From Candidatus Hadarchaeota archaeon (GTDB taxonomy: Archaea; CAYQAE01; CAYVLA01), in contig CAZUNO010000003.1 in assembly GCA_964621445.1 (NCBI GenBank), positions 64,001 to 128,000 of the forward strand: DNA of 64,000 bases, read 5' to 3'. The notes beneath the pieces are model-generated. The model searched no databases, was not told the origin of the DNA, and was given only the letters and a program-made list of their open reading frames with translations. Shown piece by piece: positions 46,184 to 55,927 of the stretch. A program made the position numbers and the translations under genes. How positions within the stretch are numbered: the stretch's first letter is position 1; every line of letters starts with the position of its first letter.

Positions 46184-46288
46184 TGTTTTGTGATAGCTAA
46201 AAACGGGCCGTATTAACGTTCTATAACCTAACAAGACATTAATAAGATCCTAAACGGCTAAAGATGAGCCCTTCGGAGGTTTTAGCCT

Positions 46289-47806
46289 TTGGGAAAGCCT
46301 TTCGTCGGTATTCTAATTCATCCTTGGGATGTAAAGGAGGAGGGAATCGGCAGCGTAACGGAAACGCTCTCTGGTTTTGGGATCTCGTCCGTTTTCCTGG
46401 GAGTAAATGCATCCGCCGAGGACCATCCACCGCAGCCCATCGATGCCCGGCTAACCCATAACCCTAAGAGAAAGAGGTATGTTTCGGAGGAAGGCAGGTT
46501 CTATTATGAGATTGACCCCTCCTATCACCCGAACTCAGTGGCCATGCCCAAGAGAACCTCCGATTCCGATCTAATCGGTTTCGATGTTCTGAGGGATACC
46601 GAGGATTTCTCGGAGGCCGGTCTCTCGAGATTCGCCTGGCTCACATCGCTTCACAACGGGCAGATGCTAGATGATGGACAGGAGCTTGCCCTGGTGAATA
46701 TAATAGGTGAGGCAGATAGAAACTGGATGTGCCCCAACAACCCCAACGTTGCCATAGAGCTTCTTGAACTGATAAACGAGATGCAGGGACGATACGATCT
46801 AGAAGGTGTCCTATTGGATAATTTCTGGTGGAAATACCCCCATACATTCATGCACTCGCTAGAATCGGGTATGAGTTGTTTCTGCGAGCATTGTCGCCAC
46901 AGGATGGAGATTGAGGGAATCGGCGTACGGGATGTCAAGAGGGCGCTATCACAGATATGTCGGAGGGCCAGGAGCCTTGATCAGGGGGATATCGCCAGGA
47001 TTGGAGGAGCTAAGACCGACCAATTGCTGAAAATAGTTGAACTTCCAGTGGTAGAGGGAGGCGGCTACTCGGATATATTGAACGTTCTTTTCGAGGACCC
47101 CAAGATGAGGGACCGGCTCCCGGAGCTTGCTGAAAACGATCCCCTCGGCATATTCCAGTGGTTGATGGATCATCCCGTCATACTGGATTGGCTGGAATTC
47201 AAGTCAGACGCGCTTTATAGGTTACTGGAGTCGGTTTACTCCCTTGCTAAAAGCAATGACCCCGATTTCCAAGTAGGTCTTGGTATGTGGTCTCCCCGAT
47301 CCTCGTGGAGCGTTGGCCAGAAGTATGTAAAGCTAAAGGATGCCTGCGATTGGATGATGCCCATGTTCTATCACCGGATCTGGGGATGGTATTCCACCTG
47401 TGTGGCCGAGGAGCTCTTCGAGATAATTCACCCAAAAACACCTAGCATCTTCGCTTCCTACAAGGATATCCTAACGGCCTGGTTCAAGCTTGCGGGATAC
47501 GCTGGTAGCAATCTAAGGTCAAAGATCGTTAATGGCCTTTCCTCGGATCAGATGAAAAAGGAGATAGATAGGTCGCGAGAACTGGTAGGCCCGGGGTTTC
47601 CGCTTTACGCTGGTATACAACTCTGGGAACCCGGAAGCAAGATACCTCATCCCCAGGAAGCGGCCGAGACCACGCAATTGGTTCTGGAGTCCGATGTACA
47701 GGGAATCATAGTCCAGGCCTACGGCTGGATATTCATGCCCAACCTACAGGCTTCCTCAAAGGTTCTCAAGCGATTTATCCAAACTCCGCCATCGCCTTCT
47801 CCCTGA
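46289..47806 (+). CDS. Glycoside hydrolase-like TIM-barrel protein of unknown function
   Basis: HPWDV, WMCPNNP, GVLLD, SCFCEHC, PMFYH. Confidence 0.55.
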   Translation: MGKPFVGILIHPWDVKEEGIGSVTETLSGFGISSVFLGVNASAEDHPPQPIDARLTHNPKRKRYVSEEGRFYYEIDPSYHPNSVAMPKRTSDSDLIGFDVLRDTEDFSEAGLSRFAWLTSLHNGQMLDDGQELALVNIIGEADRNWMCPNNPNVAIELLELINEMQGRYDLEGVLLDNFWWKYPHTFMHSLESGMSCFCEHCRHRMEIEGIGVRDVKRALSQICRRARSLDQGDIARIGGAKTDQLLKIVELPVVEGGGYSDILNVLFEDPKMRDRLPELAENDPLGIFQWLMDHPVILDWLEFKSDALYRLLESVYSLAKSNDPDFQVGLGMWSPRSSWSVGQKYVKLKDACDWMMPMFYHRIWGWYSTCVAEELFEIIHPKTPSIFASYKDILTAWFKLAGYAGSNLRSKIVNGLSSDQMKKEIDRSRELVGPGFPLYAGIQLWEPGSKIPHPQEAAETTQLVLESDVQGIIVQAYGWIFMPNLQASSKVLKRFIQTPPSPSP

Positions 47807-48500
47807 CGTCAGGGGGAACCTCTTCGATTTTGTCTACCTTTCCATCCTTAAGGTAGACCATTCTCTCTGAGAGATGGGCCAGGCGGGGATCGTGGGTGGT
47901 TATCACAAATGTCTGTTCCTCATCCTGATTCAGTTGTTGCATCAGGGTCACGATGGACTTCCCGGTGTTGGTGTCCAGGTTACCAGTTGGCTCATCGGCA
48001 AGAACGATAGACGGGCTGTTGGCCAGGGCCCTGGCGATTGCAACTCTCTGCTGCTCCCCTCCGCTTAGCTCGGCGGGTCGGTGATTAATCCTGTGCCCGA
48101 GCCCAACCCTTTCCAGGAGCTGACTGGCCCTATCCTTTCTCTCGTCCTCCGGCTTACCAATCAGTTCCATGGGGAGTTCAACGTTCTCCATGGCGGTGAG
48201 GGCAGGGATGAGATTGAAGAACTGGAAAATGAATCCGACTTTCTCACGTCTTATAAGGTAACTCTCATCGAAGTTGGCCGTGATGTCCTCATCATCAACA
48301 ACCACCCGGCCCTTGGACGGCCTCCCTATACCACCCATCATGTTGAGCAAGGTGGTCTTGCCGGAACCGGAGGGGCCAATTAGGCTGATCATCTCGGAAC
48401 GGTTGATTTCGATATTAACGTCGTTGAGGGCGTGCACCTCCACTTCACCAAGCATGTAGGTCTTCCATAGATTTTCGGTCCTCACCACGGCATCGGCCAA
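47775..48500 (-). CDS. Stand-alone LolD/MacB-family ABC ATPase
   Basis: [33 protein letters not shown]; own TATA (TTTATATG 48543-48536). Confidence 0.92.
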   Translation of the reverse strand: MADAVVRTENLWKTYMLGEVEVHALNDVNIEINRSEMISLIGPSGSGKTTLLNMMGGIGRPSKGRVVVDDEDITANFDESYLIRREKVGFIFQFFNLIPALTAMENVELPMELIGKPEDERKDRASQLLERVGLGHRINHRPAELSGGEQQRVAIARALANSPSIVLADEPTGNLDTNTGKSIVTLMQQLNQDEEQTFVITTHDPRLAHLSERMVYLKDGKVDKIEEVPPDVREKAMAEFG

Positions 48501-48829
48501 TAGTAGTCCTCCGCATCTACATTAGGTTTTTCCCACATATAAATGAATTTCCAGGAAAACCGCCCGAATCAGGTTCTGGCACCCATATAACTTGAAACTA
48601 GAGGGAGCATTCAGAGAATAGCCGGAAAAGATGGCCTCAAAATACATTTGGGACTACCATCATGCCAGGATAATCCAACAAAAGGAAATCATGGTAATAC
48701 CGTTTCTCCCCCTTAGCTTGATCCCGGGTGCCGAATAGGAGTTTGACATTGGTCTCTCGGGAATAAGTCAGAAAACATTAAAAGGTCAAGGCCAAGCTCT
48801 CTTGCCATATAAGTAGAGGAGGCTAGAAC

Positions 48830-49684
48830 TTGCCGGGGCAAAAACTCATAGTGGGTATCGTAGCTATAGTCGTTTTAATGGTCGCCGCCATCTTCCTCAC
48901 TCCCATGAGGTGGTCGATACTGGGAATGAAGGGAGAGGTTGGACTGATTGGAGCTCATACAAAAGCCAGTTTTGAGGACTCATCCGAAGTTGGACTGATG
49001 AAACTACGGGACTACCTCGAGGATAACGGGTATGAAGCAAGGCAGATTCAAGCCCCAAGCGTGGTATTGGCTGATCTACAGCAGTATGATGCCGTTCTAT
49101 TCTTCTCCCCGGAATCCGAACTGGACCAAGGCGAGATAGACGCTATCCATACATACGTACAGAACGGCGGCAGTTTCCTGATAACCGGGACCGGATGGGG
49201 GGCCGGAAGAAGGAAACACGCCAACAATATAACCGAGTCATGGGGATTCCAGTTCATGAACACGAAGTGCTATGAGCCGGAGCAGGCGTATACGGATTAC
49301 GGCGTTTCGGTCAGCCAGTACACGGTGGCTGCTGATGGCCTGGTGGAAGGTAACCCAATTGCGGAAAGGATCACCTACCCCTATGTTGTTAGGAACCATT
49401 GCACTATTGAGATAACGGATCCCAGCAAGGTTAACAAGGCCCTTACCCTCTCAGGATATGCCTTTGGGGAGCACTACAGCTACCAGGACCTAATGCCCAA
49501 CGAGGACCATGGTGAACCTGTTGCCGAGGATGCCATCGTTATGGTCAATGGTGAAATCAGTAGCGGTAGAGTTGTGGGCATGGGCGGCTATGAGATGTAC
49601 ATGAACAAGTGGATAGATCAATCAGAGCCCGCCGAAAACGCAAAGTCCATGCTGTTCGTCCTGGACTGGCTGACCAACCAATAG
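48830..49684 (+). CDS. Membrane-anchored extracellular protein with GIFT/DUF4350-like (class I glutamine amidotransferase-like) domain
   Basis: N-terminal TM; KLRDYLEDNGY...LQQYDAVLF..PE..L...EIDAI..YVQNGGSFLI; GRVVGMG. Confidence 0.65.
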   Translation: MPGQKLIVGIVAIVVLMVAAIFLTPMRWSILGMKGEVGLIGAHTKASFEDSSEVGLMKLRDYLEDNGYEARQIQAPSVVLADLQQYDAVLFFSPESELDQGEIDAIHTYVQNGGSFLITGTGWGAGRRKHANNITESWGFQFMNTKCYEPEQAYTDYGVSVSQYTVAADGLVEGNPIAERITYPYVVRNHCTIEITDPSKVNKALTLSGYAFGEHYSYQDLMPNEDHGEPVAEDAIVMVNGEISSGRVVGMGGYEMYMNKWIDQSEPAENAKSMLFVLDWLTNQ

Positions 49685-50296
49685 ATGGCCAATCCCTCTA
49701 GCGAAGGAATGTCGGTGGATAGGGTCAAGAAATACTACGACGATTCCGCAAGAAGCCTGGAGCGAAAGAAGACTAGGTGCCGATTGGATGAGCAGGAAAC
49801 CCGCTCGATACGGGACTCCCTTCCAAAAGAGGCAAACTCCCTCCTTGACGTTGGCTGCGGAAGCGGCCATCTTCTAACCGAAGCAGAAAGCGGGTTTAAG
49901 CTGGGCATAGACCTTTCAGAAGGGATGCTAAAGGTGGCACGTGAAAGAGGATGCCGATGTCCGCTGGTCCTCGCCAATGCCCGTCGCCTCCCGATAAAGA
50001 GCTCGGAATTCGAGGTCGTCGTTTGTCAGGATGTTATGGGGCACTTTTCAGAGGTAGAGGAACCGCTTCTGGAACTGGCCCGTGTCTGCAAGAGTAATGG
50101 CCTTATGGCGATAACCGTGCCCAAAAAGGGCATTATATCCAGGCTTACATCCCTTTACTGCAGGTTCTATCTTGGTGTTTACACAAGAACGTTTGGCCGG
50201 GAGGAACTCGAAAAGATATTTGAGAACGCCGGGGTTCATATAATATCAACGGAAGTCATCGGTGGTTCGATGTTCAAGGTCATCGCTACCCCGTGA
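49685..50296 (+). CDS. Class I SAM-dependent methyltransferase
   Basis: LLDVGCGSG, GIDLSEGML, ANARRLP, ELARVCK. Confidence 0.9.
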   Translation: MANPSSEGMSVDRVKKYYDDSARSLERKKTRCRLDEQETRSIRDSLPKEANSLLDVGCGSGHLLTEAESGFKLGIDLSEGMLKVARERGCRCPLVLANARRLPIKSSEFEVVVCQDVMGHFSEVEEPLLELARVCKSNGLMAITVPKKGIISRLTSLYCRFYLGVYTRTFGREELEKIFENAGVHIISTEVIGGSMFKVIATP

Positions 50297-50317
50297 GGCT
50301 CCGTAAAGGGATTACAG

Positions 50318-50944
50318 TTGAAGTTCGTACATGGCATCAATCCAAGAACCCTGAAAGGAGAGGCCCTGGCCGAGGCAAATGAACTAAAGGAGGGGTTTTT
50401 CGAACTTTGGAAGTTTCACCTTTCCCCCCGAAAGGAATTCGTGGAGGATCTAATTCTCGTTTATTATCCATTTTACCTGGTTCCGTACCAGATAAAGTGG
50501 GGGAAGGCTCCTTTCGCACCGGGAATGATGGTTGATGCCAGGTTCCGTGAGTTTTCGGTTCTTGCGGGGGTTCCACCGCGTAGCAGGATCGAAACCGACA
50601 AACTGGTCATTAAACCTACCATAGAGGAGGGAAACGCCATCAGATTCGCCGAAAGCAAGCTGAGGCAGGCCATGAAGAGGAAGAGAGCCAAGGAGATGAA
50701 GGAGAAGAAGAAGCTCTCCTCCTATGAGATAGAGGAGCTTGAACTCATCCACTGGCCCTTCTGGGTGAATAGGCTACAGGACATGTGGGGGAACTTCAGG
50801 TTCATAGCCGTGGACGGCGTTCTTAACTTCAGAGGTTACAATCGAGCCTATAGTCGTTTCTTCTCCGGCCCCCTGTACTCCATGATAGATGAACAGTTCG
50901 AAAAGGAAGGGGCCGAGATCGAGGCTGAACCCAACGCCGGGTGA
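50318..50944 (+). CDS. Hypothetical protein
   Basis: 208-aa ORF in the operon with topA; repeated YYPFY/HWPFW motif. Confidence 0.6.
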   Translation: MKFVHGINPRTLKGEALAEANELKEGFFELWKFHLSPRKEFVEDLILVYYPFYLVPYQIKWGKAPFAPGMMVDARFREFSVLAGVPPRSRIETDKLVIKPTIEEGNAIRFAESKLRQAMKRKRAKEMKEKKKLSSYEIEELELIHWPFWVNRLQDMWGNFRFIAVDGVLNFRGYNRAYSRFFSGPLYSMIDEQFEKEGAEIEAEPNAG

Positions 50945-50948
50945 AATA

Positions 50949-53021
50949 GTGAACAACGACTCCACCCTGATCATAGCCGAGAAGCCAAGCACGGCCAAGA
51001 GCCTCGCTCGGGCACTGGGAACCCTATCGAAAAACAAAATGGAGACCAAGAAGAAAAGGGACATTAACTACTACGAGGTTACCGTCGATGACCAGCGGCA
51101 CGTGATATGCCCCGCTGCCGGACATCTATACGGAATATCCCAGAAAGGCTCAGGCTGGAAATATCCGGTATTTGATATAGAGTGGAAACCGACTTCGGAG
51201 ATCAAAAAAAGCAACAGCTACTCCAAGCCCTATCTTGATAACTTCATAGAGCTCTCAAAAAAATGCTCATCCTTCATTTCGGCCACGGATTATGACCGGG
51301 AAGGTTCCGTAATCGCCTATAATATACTACGCCTGGCATGCGGAACTGAAAGGGCCAAGAGAATGAAATTCTCGACCCTCACCGTTTCGGATCTAGTTGA
51401 ATCCTTCAAGTCGGCCAGCCAGGACCTGGATAGGGGGCAGATCAATTCCGGGCTGGCCAGGCACGTCCTGGACTGGTACTGGGGGGTAAATATTACCAGG
51501 GCGCTTACCCTCTCGGTTAAACCCCATATCAAAGGCTTCGACGTCATATCCTCTGGTAGGGTTCAGGGACCAACTCTCAAAATATTGACCGAACGGGAAA
51601 AGGAGATTCAGAATTTCGAGCCCCGGAAGTACTGGACCCTTGAACTGGACTGCGTTCACCAAGGGATCGAAGTCACGGCCGTCAGTCAGCCTAAAAGAAT
51701 ATGGGATGAGGATAAAGCAAAAGAGATTTTCGAGCGCTGCCAGGGGAAGCCTGCCCTAATCAAGGAGGTCAGTAGGAGGGTATCAAATGTTCCGCCTCCC
51801 ACCCCCTTCGATCTCACCACCCTACAGTCCGAAGCATATAGACATTTCAGATTCTCGCCCAGAAAGACGAATACGCTGGCCCAAAGACTATACGAATCGG
51901 CCCTCATATCATATCCTCGTACCAGCTCACAGAAGATTCCCCCCTCCATCGGCTACAAGGAGATTCTCAAGCAGCTCTCGAAACAGAAGTCATTCCAGGA
52001 ACACTGCCAGGAACTGCTATCCAGATCCAAGATCAGCCCCAGACAGGGAAAGAAGACCGACCCAGCTCATCCGGCCATCTATCCCACGGGGTCGAGGCCC
52101 GGGAAACTGGCCAAGGACCAATGGAAGTTGTACGACCTGGTTTGTAGAAGATTTTTCTCTACCTTCGGCAAGCCCGCCAAACGGGAATCCATGCGAATCC
52201 GGATATTGGTCGAAAAGCAGCCGTTCCGGTGTAGCGGCAGCCGTACCACGGAAGAGAATTGGATGAGATTTTACGGACCCTACGCAAAATACAAGGAAAA
52301 TGTGATGCCCGATCTAAAAGAGGGCATGGAGGTCAAGGTTCTCAAACTAAGGAATAAGGGAAAAAAGACCAAGCCTCCCAGGAGGTTCACCCAGGCATCC
52401 TTGATCCGGGAAATGGAAAAAAGGCAGCTGGGGACCAAGGCCACACGGGCATCGATTGTACAGACATTATATGATAGGGGTTACGTGAGGGGAAAAAGCC
52501 TGGAGGCCACCAAGCTGGGGATGTCCGTGGTAGATACACTATCCAAGCACTGTCCCGGGGTGGTCTCTGAGAAACTCACCGCGCAGTTCGAGAAAGAGAT
52601 GGAATCCATAGAGAAGGAGGACACGGACAGGGAAGAGGTTCTAGTAAAGGCAAAGGAGACCCTGACCGAGATACTGGAGAATTTCAAGGAAAAGGAGCAG
52701 GCCATTGGAAAGGCCCTGGCAGAGGCTTCAAAGGAAACCAAGGCCAGAAACAAGCAAGTGGCCCCTTGTCCGGAATGCGGGAAGATGCTTAAGTTCGTTA
52801 CATCCAAGAGGACGGGCAAGAGATTTATTGGCTGTAATGGCTACTCGGATGGTTGTAGATATTCCGCACCCTTACCTCAGAGGGGAAAGCTTTCGGTTAC
52901 CCGAAGGGAGTGTAAGGCCTGTGGAATGCCCATGATAAAGGTATATAGAAAAGGCAAGAGGCCCTGGACCTTCTGCTTCAACTTGGAATGCCCCAAAAAG
53001 AAAGAGGAGGAAGAAGAGTGA
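50949..53021 (+). CDS. topA: DNA topoisomerase IA (archaeal type)
   Basis: IIAEKP, ATDYDREG, SSGRVQGP, ISYPRTSS (catalytic Tyr), HPAIYPT, LGTKATR, C-terminal Zn ribbons. Confidence 0.96.
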   Translation: MNNDSTLIIAEKPSTAKSLARALGTLSKNKMETKKKRDINYYEVTVDDQRHVICPAAGHLYGISQKGSGWKYPVFDIEWKPTSEIKKSNSYSKPYLDNFIELSKKCSSFISATDYDREGSVIAYNILRLACGTERAKRMKFSTLTVSDLVESFKSASQDLDRGQINSGLARHVLDWYWGVNITRALTLSVKPHIKGFDVISSGRVQGPTLKILTEREKEIQNFEPRKYWTLELDCVHQGIEVTAVSQPKRIWDEDKAKEIFERCQGKPALIKEVSRRVSNVPPPTPFDLTTLQSEAYRHFRFSPRKTNTLAQRLYESALISYPRTSSQKIPPSIGYKEILKQLSKQKSFQEHCQELLSRSKISPRQGKKTDPAHPAIYPTGSRPGKLAKDQWKLYDLVCRRFFSTFGKPAKRESMRIRILVEKQPFRCSGSRTTEENWMRFYGPYAKYKENVMPDLKEGMEVKVLKLRNKGKKTKPPRRFTQASLIREMEKRQLGTKATRASIVQTLYDRGYVRGKSLEATKLGMSVVDTLSKHCPGVVSEKLTAQFEKEMESIEKEDTDREEVLVKAKETLTEILENFKEKEQAIGKALAEASKETKARNKQVAPCPECGKMLKFVTSKRTGKRFIGCNGYSDGCRYSAPLPQRGKLSVTRRECKACGMPMIKVYRKGKRPWTFCFNLECPKKKEEEEE

Positions 53022-53251
53022 CCAACGGAAAGAAATCAACAGATAGGGAGAAGCCAGAGCAACCCCTTGATGTGCTGGGTTCCATGACCGACAAGGAGAT
53101 ATTCATCAGGCTTATGGATAGGACCGAGGTTGTTGGCAGGCTGCGGGACTTCGATTCCTACATGAACCTTAAGATACATCTGGAGGAGCGGGACCTCTTA
53201 ATCCGGGGTAATAACATAGCCCTCATAGCCACCGAATGGCAAGACAAGTAA
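53018..53251 (+). CDS. Sm-like (Lsm/SmAP) protein
   Basis: PLDVL...GRLRDFDSYMNL...LIRGNNI (Sm1/Sm2 motifs); GTG 53018 overlaps the topA stop. Confidence 0.85.
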   Translation: MTNGKKSTDREKPEQPLDVLGSMTDKEIFIRLMDRTEVVGRLRDFDSYMNLKIHLEERDLLIRGNNIALIATEWQDK

Positions 53252-53267
53252 TTTCTGGGGTTTTCTC

Positions 53268-53984
53268 GTGGTCCGAGCAGTCTGTTTCGACCTAGATGAT
53301 ACACTCTATGACTACCGAGGGGTCATGTCAGGATGTGAGGAGTACCTATCTCGGGTGGTAGGTGAACGCGTAGGGATGGCCGCCGAGAGATGCAAGTCCC
53401 AATACTTCAGAATGAAAAAGGACCTTTACCAGAACGATCCTACCAATCCAGAGATATTCAGCTTTAAAAAAAGGATTTCGCTTCTATTTTCCCGTCTTGA
53501 TTATGAGGTCAGCCCTCCTACTGTTGACAGGTTGTTCTCCGATTTATGGCAGAAATTCCTGGTCAAGATCGAGCCCTATCCCGGCGTGGAGTCGGTGCTA
53601 AAGACGGCCCGAGCCCGGGAGATGTCGATAGCCATAGTTTCCAACGGTACCAGGGAGCAACAGACCTCCAAACTACAGGCGCTAGGGCTACTGGGAATGG
53701 CGAATGTAGAGGTTTTCTCCGAAGATGTTGGCACAAATAAGCCCGAACTTCCCATCTTCAGGAGAACCATCCGGGAATTGATCCTCCCGCCCGGGGAATG
53801 CTTGATGGTCGGGGATCATTGCAGGGTCGATGTTAAGGGTGGAAACCGGGCTGGTATGATTACCTGTTGGTTGAAAATGGGAGCCCACTCCAATATAGAA
53901 CCCGAGGGAAAGGAGGACATCCCGGATTTCACCATTCATCAAATCGCAAACCTAACCGGCGTCTTTCAAGCACTTCAGTCCTGA
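53268..53984 (+). CDS. HAD family hydrolase
   Basis: FDLDDTLYD, VSNG, KP, MVGD..VD..G. Confidence 0.92.
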   Translation: MVRAVCFDLDDTLYDYRGVMSGCEEYLSRVVGERVGMAAERCKSQYFRMKKDLYQNDPTNPEIFSFKKRISLLFSRLDYEVSPPTVDRLFSDLWQKFLVKIEPYPGVESVLKTARAREMSIAIVSNGTREQQTSKLQALGLLGMANVEVFSEDVGTNKPELPIFRRTIRELILPPGECLMVGDHCRVDVKGGNRAGMITCWLKMGAHSNIEPEGKEDIPDFTIHQIANLTGVFQALQS

Positions 53985-54367
53985 AAATCGGTCTTCCAGG
54001 CCTTGCCCTTCTTTCTGCGGCCCGGAGTTCGCCAATGGACTACCACTGCGGCGATGAAGCAGAGAAAGGATACCAGGAGTAACCACATGAGGTCCCCTCT
54101 TCTCAATCTCCAGAAAAGCAGCAACAGAAAGATACTCAATGAGGAAAGGATGAGAGCGTAGTCGGATACCAGGCTCAAAACTATCGATCCCGTCCCCAGC
54201 AGCGCGCCGGCCGTGATCAGGCTGAGAACGAAATTCTCGACGCTGGTCTGGGGAAAAATGATGAAAAGGCCCATTATTATCAGGGAAAGGCTGGTGAGAG
54301 ATATGCCGATTACCGATGATCCCCATCCTCCCTCCAAAGGAACCTCTTTTTCCGGCAGATCCGACAT
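53975..54367 (-). CDS. Hypothetical 4-TM membrane protein
   Basis: Hydrophobic ORF; start moved to ATG 54367. Confidence 0.55.
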   Translation of the reverse strand: MSDLPEKEVPLEGGWGSSVIGISLTSLSLIIMGLFIIFPQTSVENFVLSLITAGALLGTGSIVLSLVSDYALILSSLSIFLLLLFWRLRRGDLMWLLLVSFLCFIAAVVVHWRTPGRRKKGKAWKTDFQD

Positions 54368-54461
54368 GCTTGAATCTTTGAACCGGGTTATATAACTGGA
54401 ACTACTTACCCAGATTTTGGCGTATTTCTGAAACACTTAATACCCGGCTATTCTGCCTAAT

Positions 54462-54668
54462 ATGTGGGTTTGGCTTTTGGTTGAGGATCATAGGCACTGC
54501 CTATCATGCGGTCGAGCAATATCTAGAAAGGAACAGTTCTGCAGCGCTGAATGCGAAGAGAATTTCATGACCCAAACGCAGAAGGAAAGAAGAAGGAACA
54601 TAATATTCCTCATAGTCCTGGCAATGTTCATTTCACTCGTATTCATAATTCAGATTTTCTACGGTTGA
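54462..54668 (+). CDS. DUF2116 family Zn-ribbon membrane protein
   Basis: HRHCLSCGRAI...FCSAEC, C-terminal TM segment. Confidence 0.85.
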   Translation: MWVWLLVEDHRHCLSCGRAISRKEQFCSAECEENFMTQTQKERRRNIIFLIVLAMFISLVFIIQIFYG

Positions 54669-55798
54669 CCAGTTTGGCGGAGAACGACAATCATATTCTT
54701 TCCCTGATCAAGCGAATTACGAAGCTAGGGCCGAGGACCCCTGGTTCGGAAGCCGAGATCTCCTGTCACCGGCTTGTGGAGCAGGAGCTGAAAGGCATCG
54801 ATGGTGGAGACATAAACATCGATGAATTTTCCTTCGATAGATGGGTCCCTGAAAAACAAAGTTTAAGGGACCGCAGGGGGAAAGATATTCCGATTCGCCA
54901 GCTCGGCTATTCCGGGTCGGGAGAAGTGGGAGCGCCTTTACGTTTCTGTGAAAACGGAACCAAGGAGGATTGCCAAGGCGCCGAGGGCTGCATTGCGGTA
55001 TGCTCCTCTGGGCCGGGTCGTTACAAATTTCTACACCGGATAAAGAAATACAACAATTCATTACAAGCCGGGGCCTCGGGATTCATTCTAGTGGGAAACC
55101 TGGGACACGGAGCTCCCATGGGAATTATCAGGAAGAGGAAGGCCGGGAAGTTACCCGCGGTTTCAATCTCCTATGATGAATCCCGGAAACTACGATACGA
55201 TCTAGCCGAGGAGTATTCGCTCAGCGTAGAGAACCGGATTATAAAATCCCGGACGAGAAATACCAGCTGGATCCTAGATGGACGGGAGCCCGGCATCATA
55301 CTTTCAGCCCATTGCGACAGCTGGGGACCAGGCGCCTGGGACAATGCCTCCGGTGTGGCCCTTCTGCTCAGTGTGGCAACGAGGTTGCTGAGCGTGGAGA
55401 TCGAACACCAGGTCCATATCGTATTCACCGGCGGCGAGGAATTCGGTTTGTGGGGCTCGCGGCGTCTGGCCCAACTTGCCCCACAGGATTACGTATTTGC
55501 CATCAACGTGGACGGGGTTGGATTATCCGGAAGTAGCTTACAGGTGAGGTGCAGTGATACCGATCTTTCCAGTATTCCTCCGCTTCGGAATATCTATTCC
55601 AGGCTTCCACTTACCACTTCAGGCGACCACTGGTCCTTCCATAAAGCGGGCATCCGAACCCTGTTTGTTACCTGCAATGGAACCAATACCGTCCAACATA
55701 CGGACCAAGACCGGCCGCATTGCCTCAATGCAGATAAATTACAGTCTTCTCTATCTCTTATTATCGAAATGGTTGCCTATCTGGACTCCATTGCCTAA
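54665..55798 (+). CDS. M28 family metallopeptidase with PA domain
   Basis: RTPGSEAE, SAHCDS, GAWDNASG, GEEFGLWGS, NVD, GDH, HTDQD. Confidence 0.88.
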   Translation: MTSLAENDNHILSLIKRITKLGPRTPGSEAEISCHRLVEQELKGIDGGDINIDEFSFDRWVPEKQSLRDRRGKDIPIRQLGYSGSGEVGAPLRFCENGTKEDCQGAEGCIAVCSSGPGRYKFLHRIKKYNNSLQAGASGFILVGNLGHGAPMGIIRKRKAGKLPAVSISYDESRKLRYDLAEEYSLSVENRIIKSRTRNTSWILDGREPGIILSAHCDSWGPGAWDNASGVALLLSVATRLLSVEIEHQVHIVFTGGEEFGLWGSRRLAQLAPQDYVFAINVDGVGLSGSSLQVRCSDTDLSSIPPLRNIYSRLPLTTSGDHWSFHKAGIRTLFVTCNGTNTVQHTDQDRPHCLNADKLQSSLSLIIEMVAYLDSIA

Positions 55799-55848
55799 AA
55801 TTAAGGATTTGGGCAGGTTCTGGACCAAAAAAGAGCCACTGCAAAACA

Positions 55849-55856
55849 TTTATATA
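55849..55856 (+). promoter_or_regulatory. TATA box upstream of the SSS transporter
   Basis: TTTATATA preceded by A-rich BRE-like GCAAAACA. Confidence 0.6.
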
Positions 55857-55927
55857 GAAAACACCGGACTCCGCCCCAACTCTAGCTACTGGCTGTAGCG
55901 GAGTGTAATATTCCCTGAGGTGGGCTT

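Noticed and set aside
48631-48738. 35-codon ORF (MASKYIWDYHH...) in the 330-nt intergenic gap
   Set aside because: No convincing RBS or recognisable features, and no ncRNA motif (tRNA, C/D box) found in the gap.
49682-49687. In-frame TAG-ATG junction: possible pyrrolysine readthrough
   Set aside because: It would join an extracellular domain to a cytoplasmic methyltransferase; simple tight gene packing explains it.
55868-55904. Alternative hairpins (ACTCCGC/GCGGAGT versus GCTAC/GTAGC) before the SSS gene: possible riboswitch
   Set aside because: The 5' arm probably lies upstream of the start site implied by the TATA at 55849, and it does not resemble a known aptamer.
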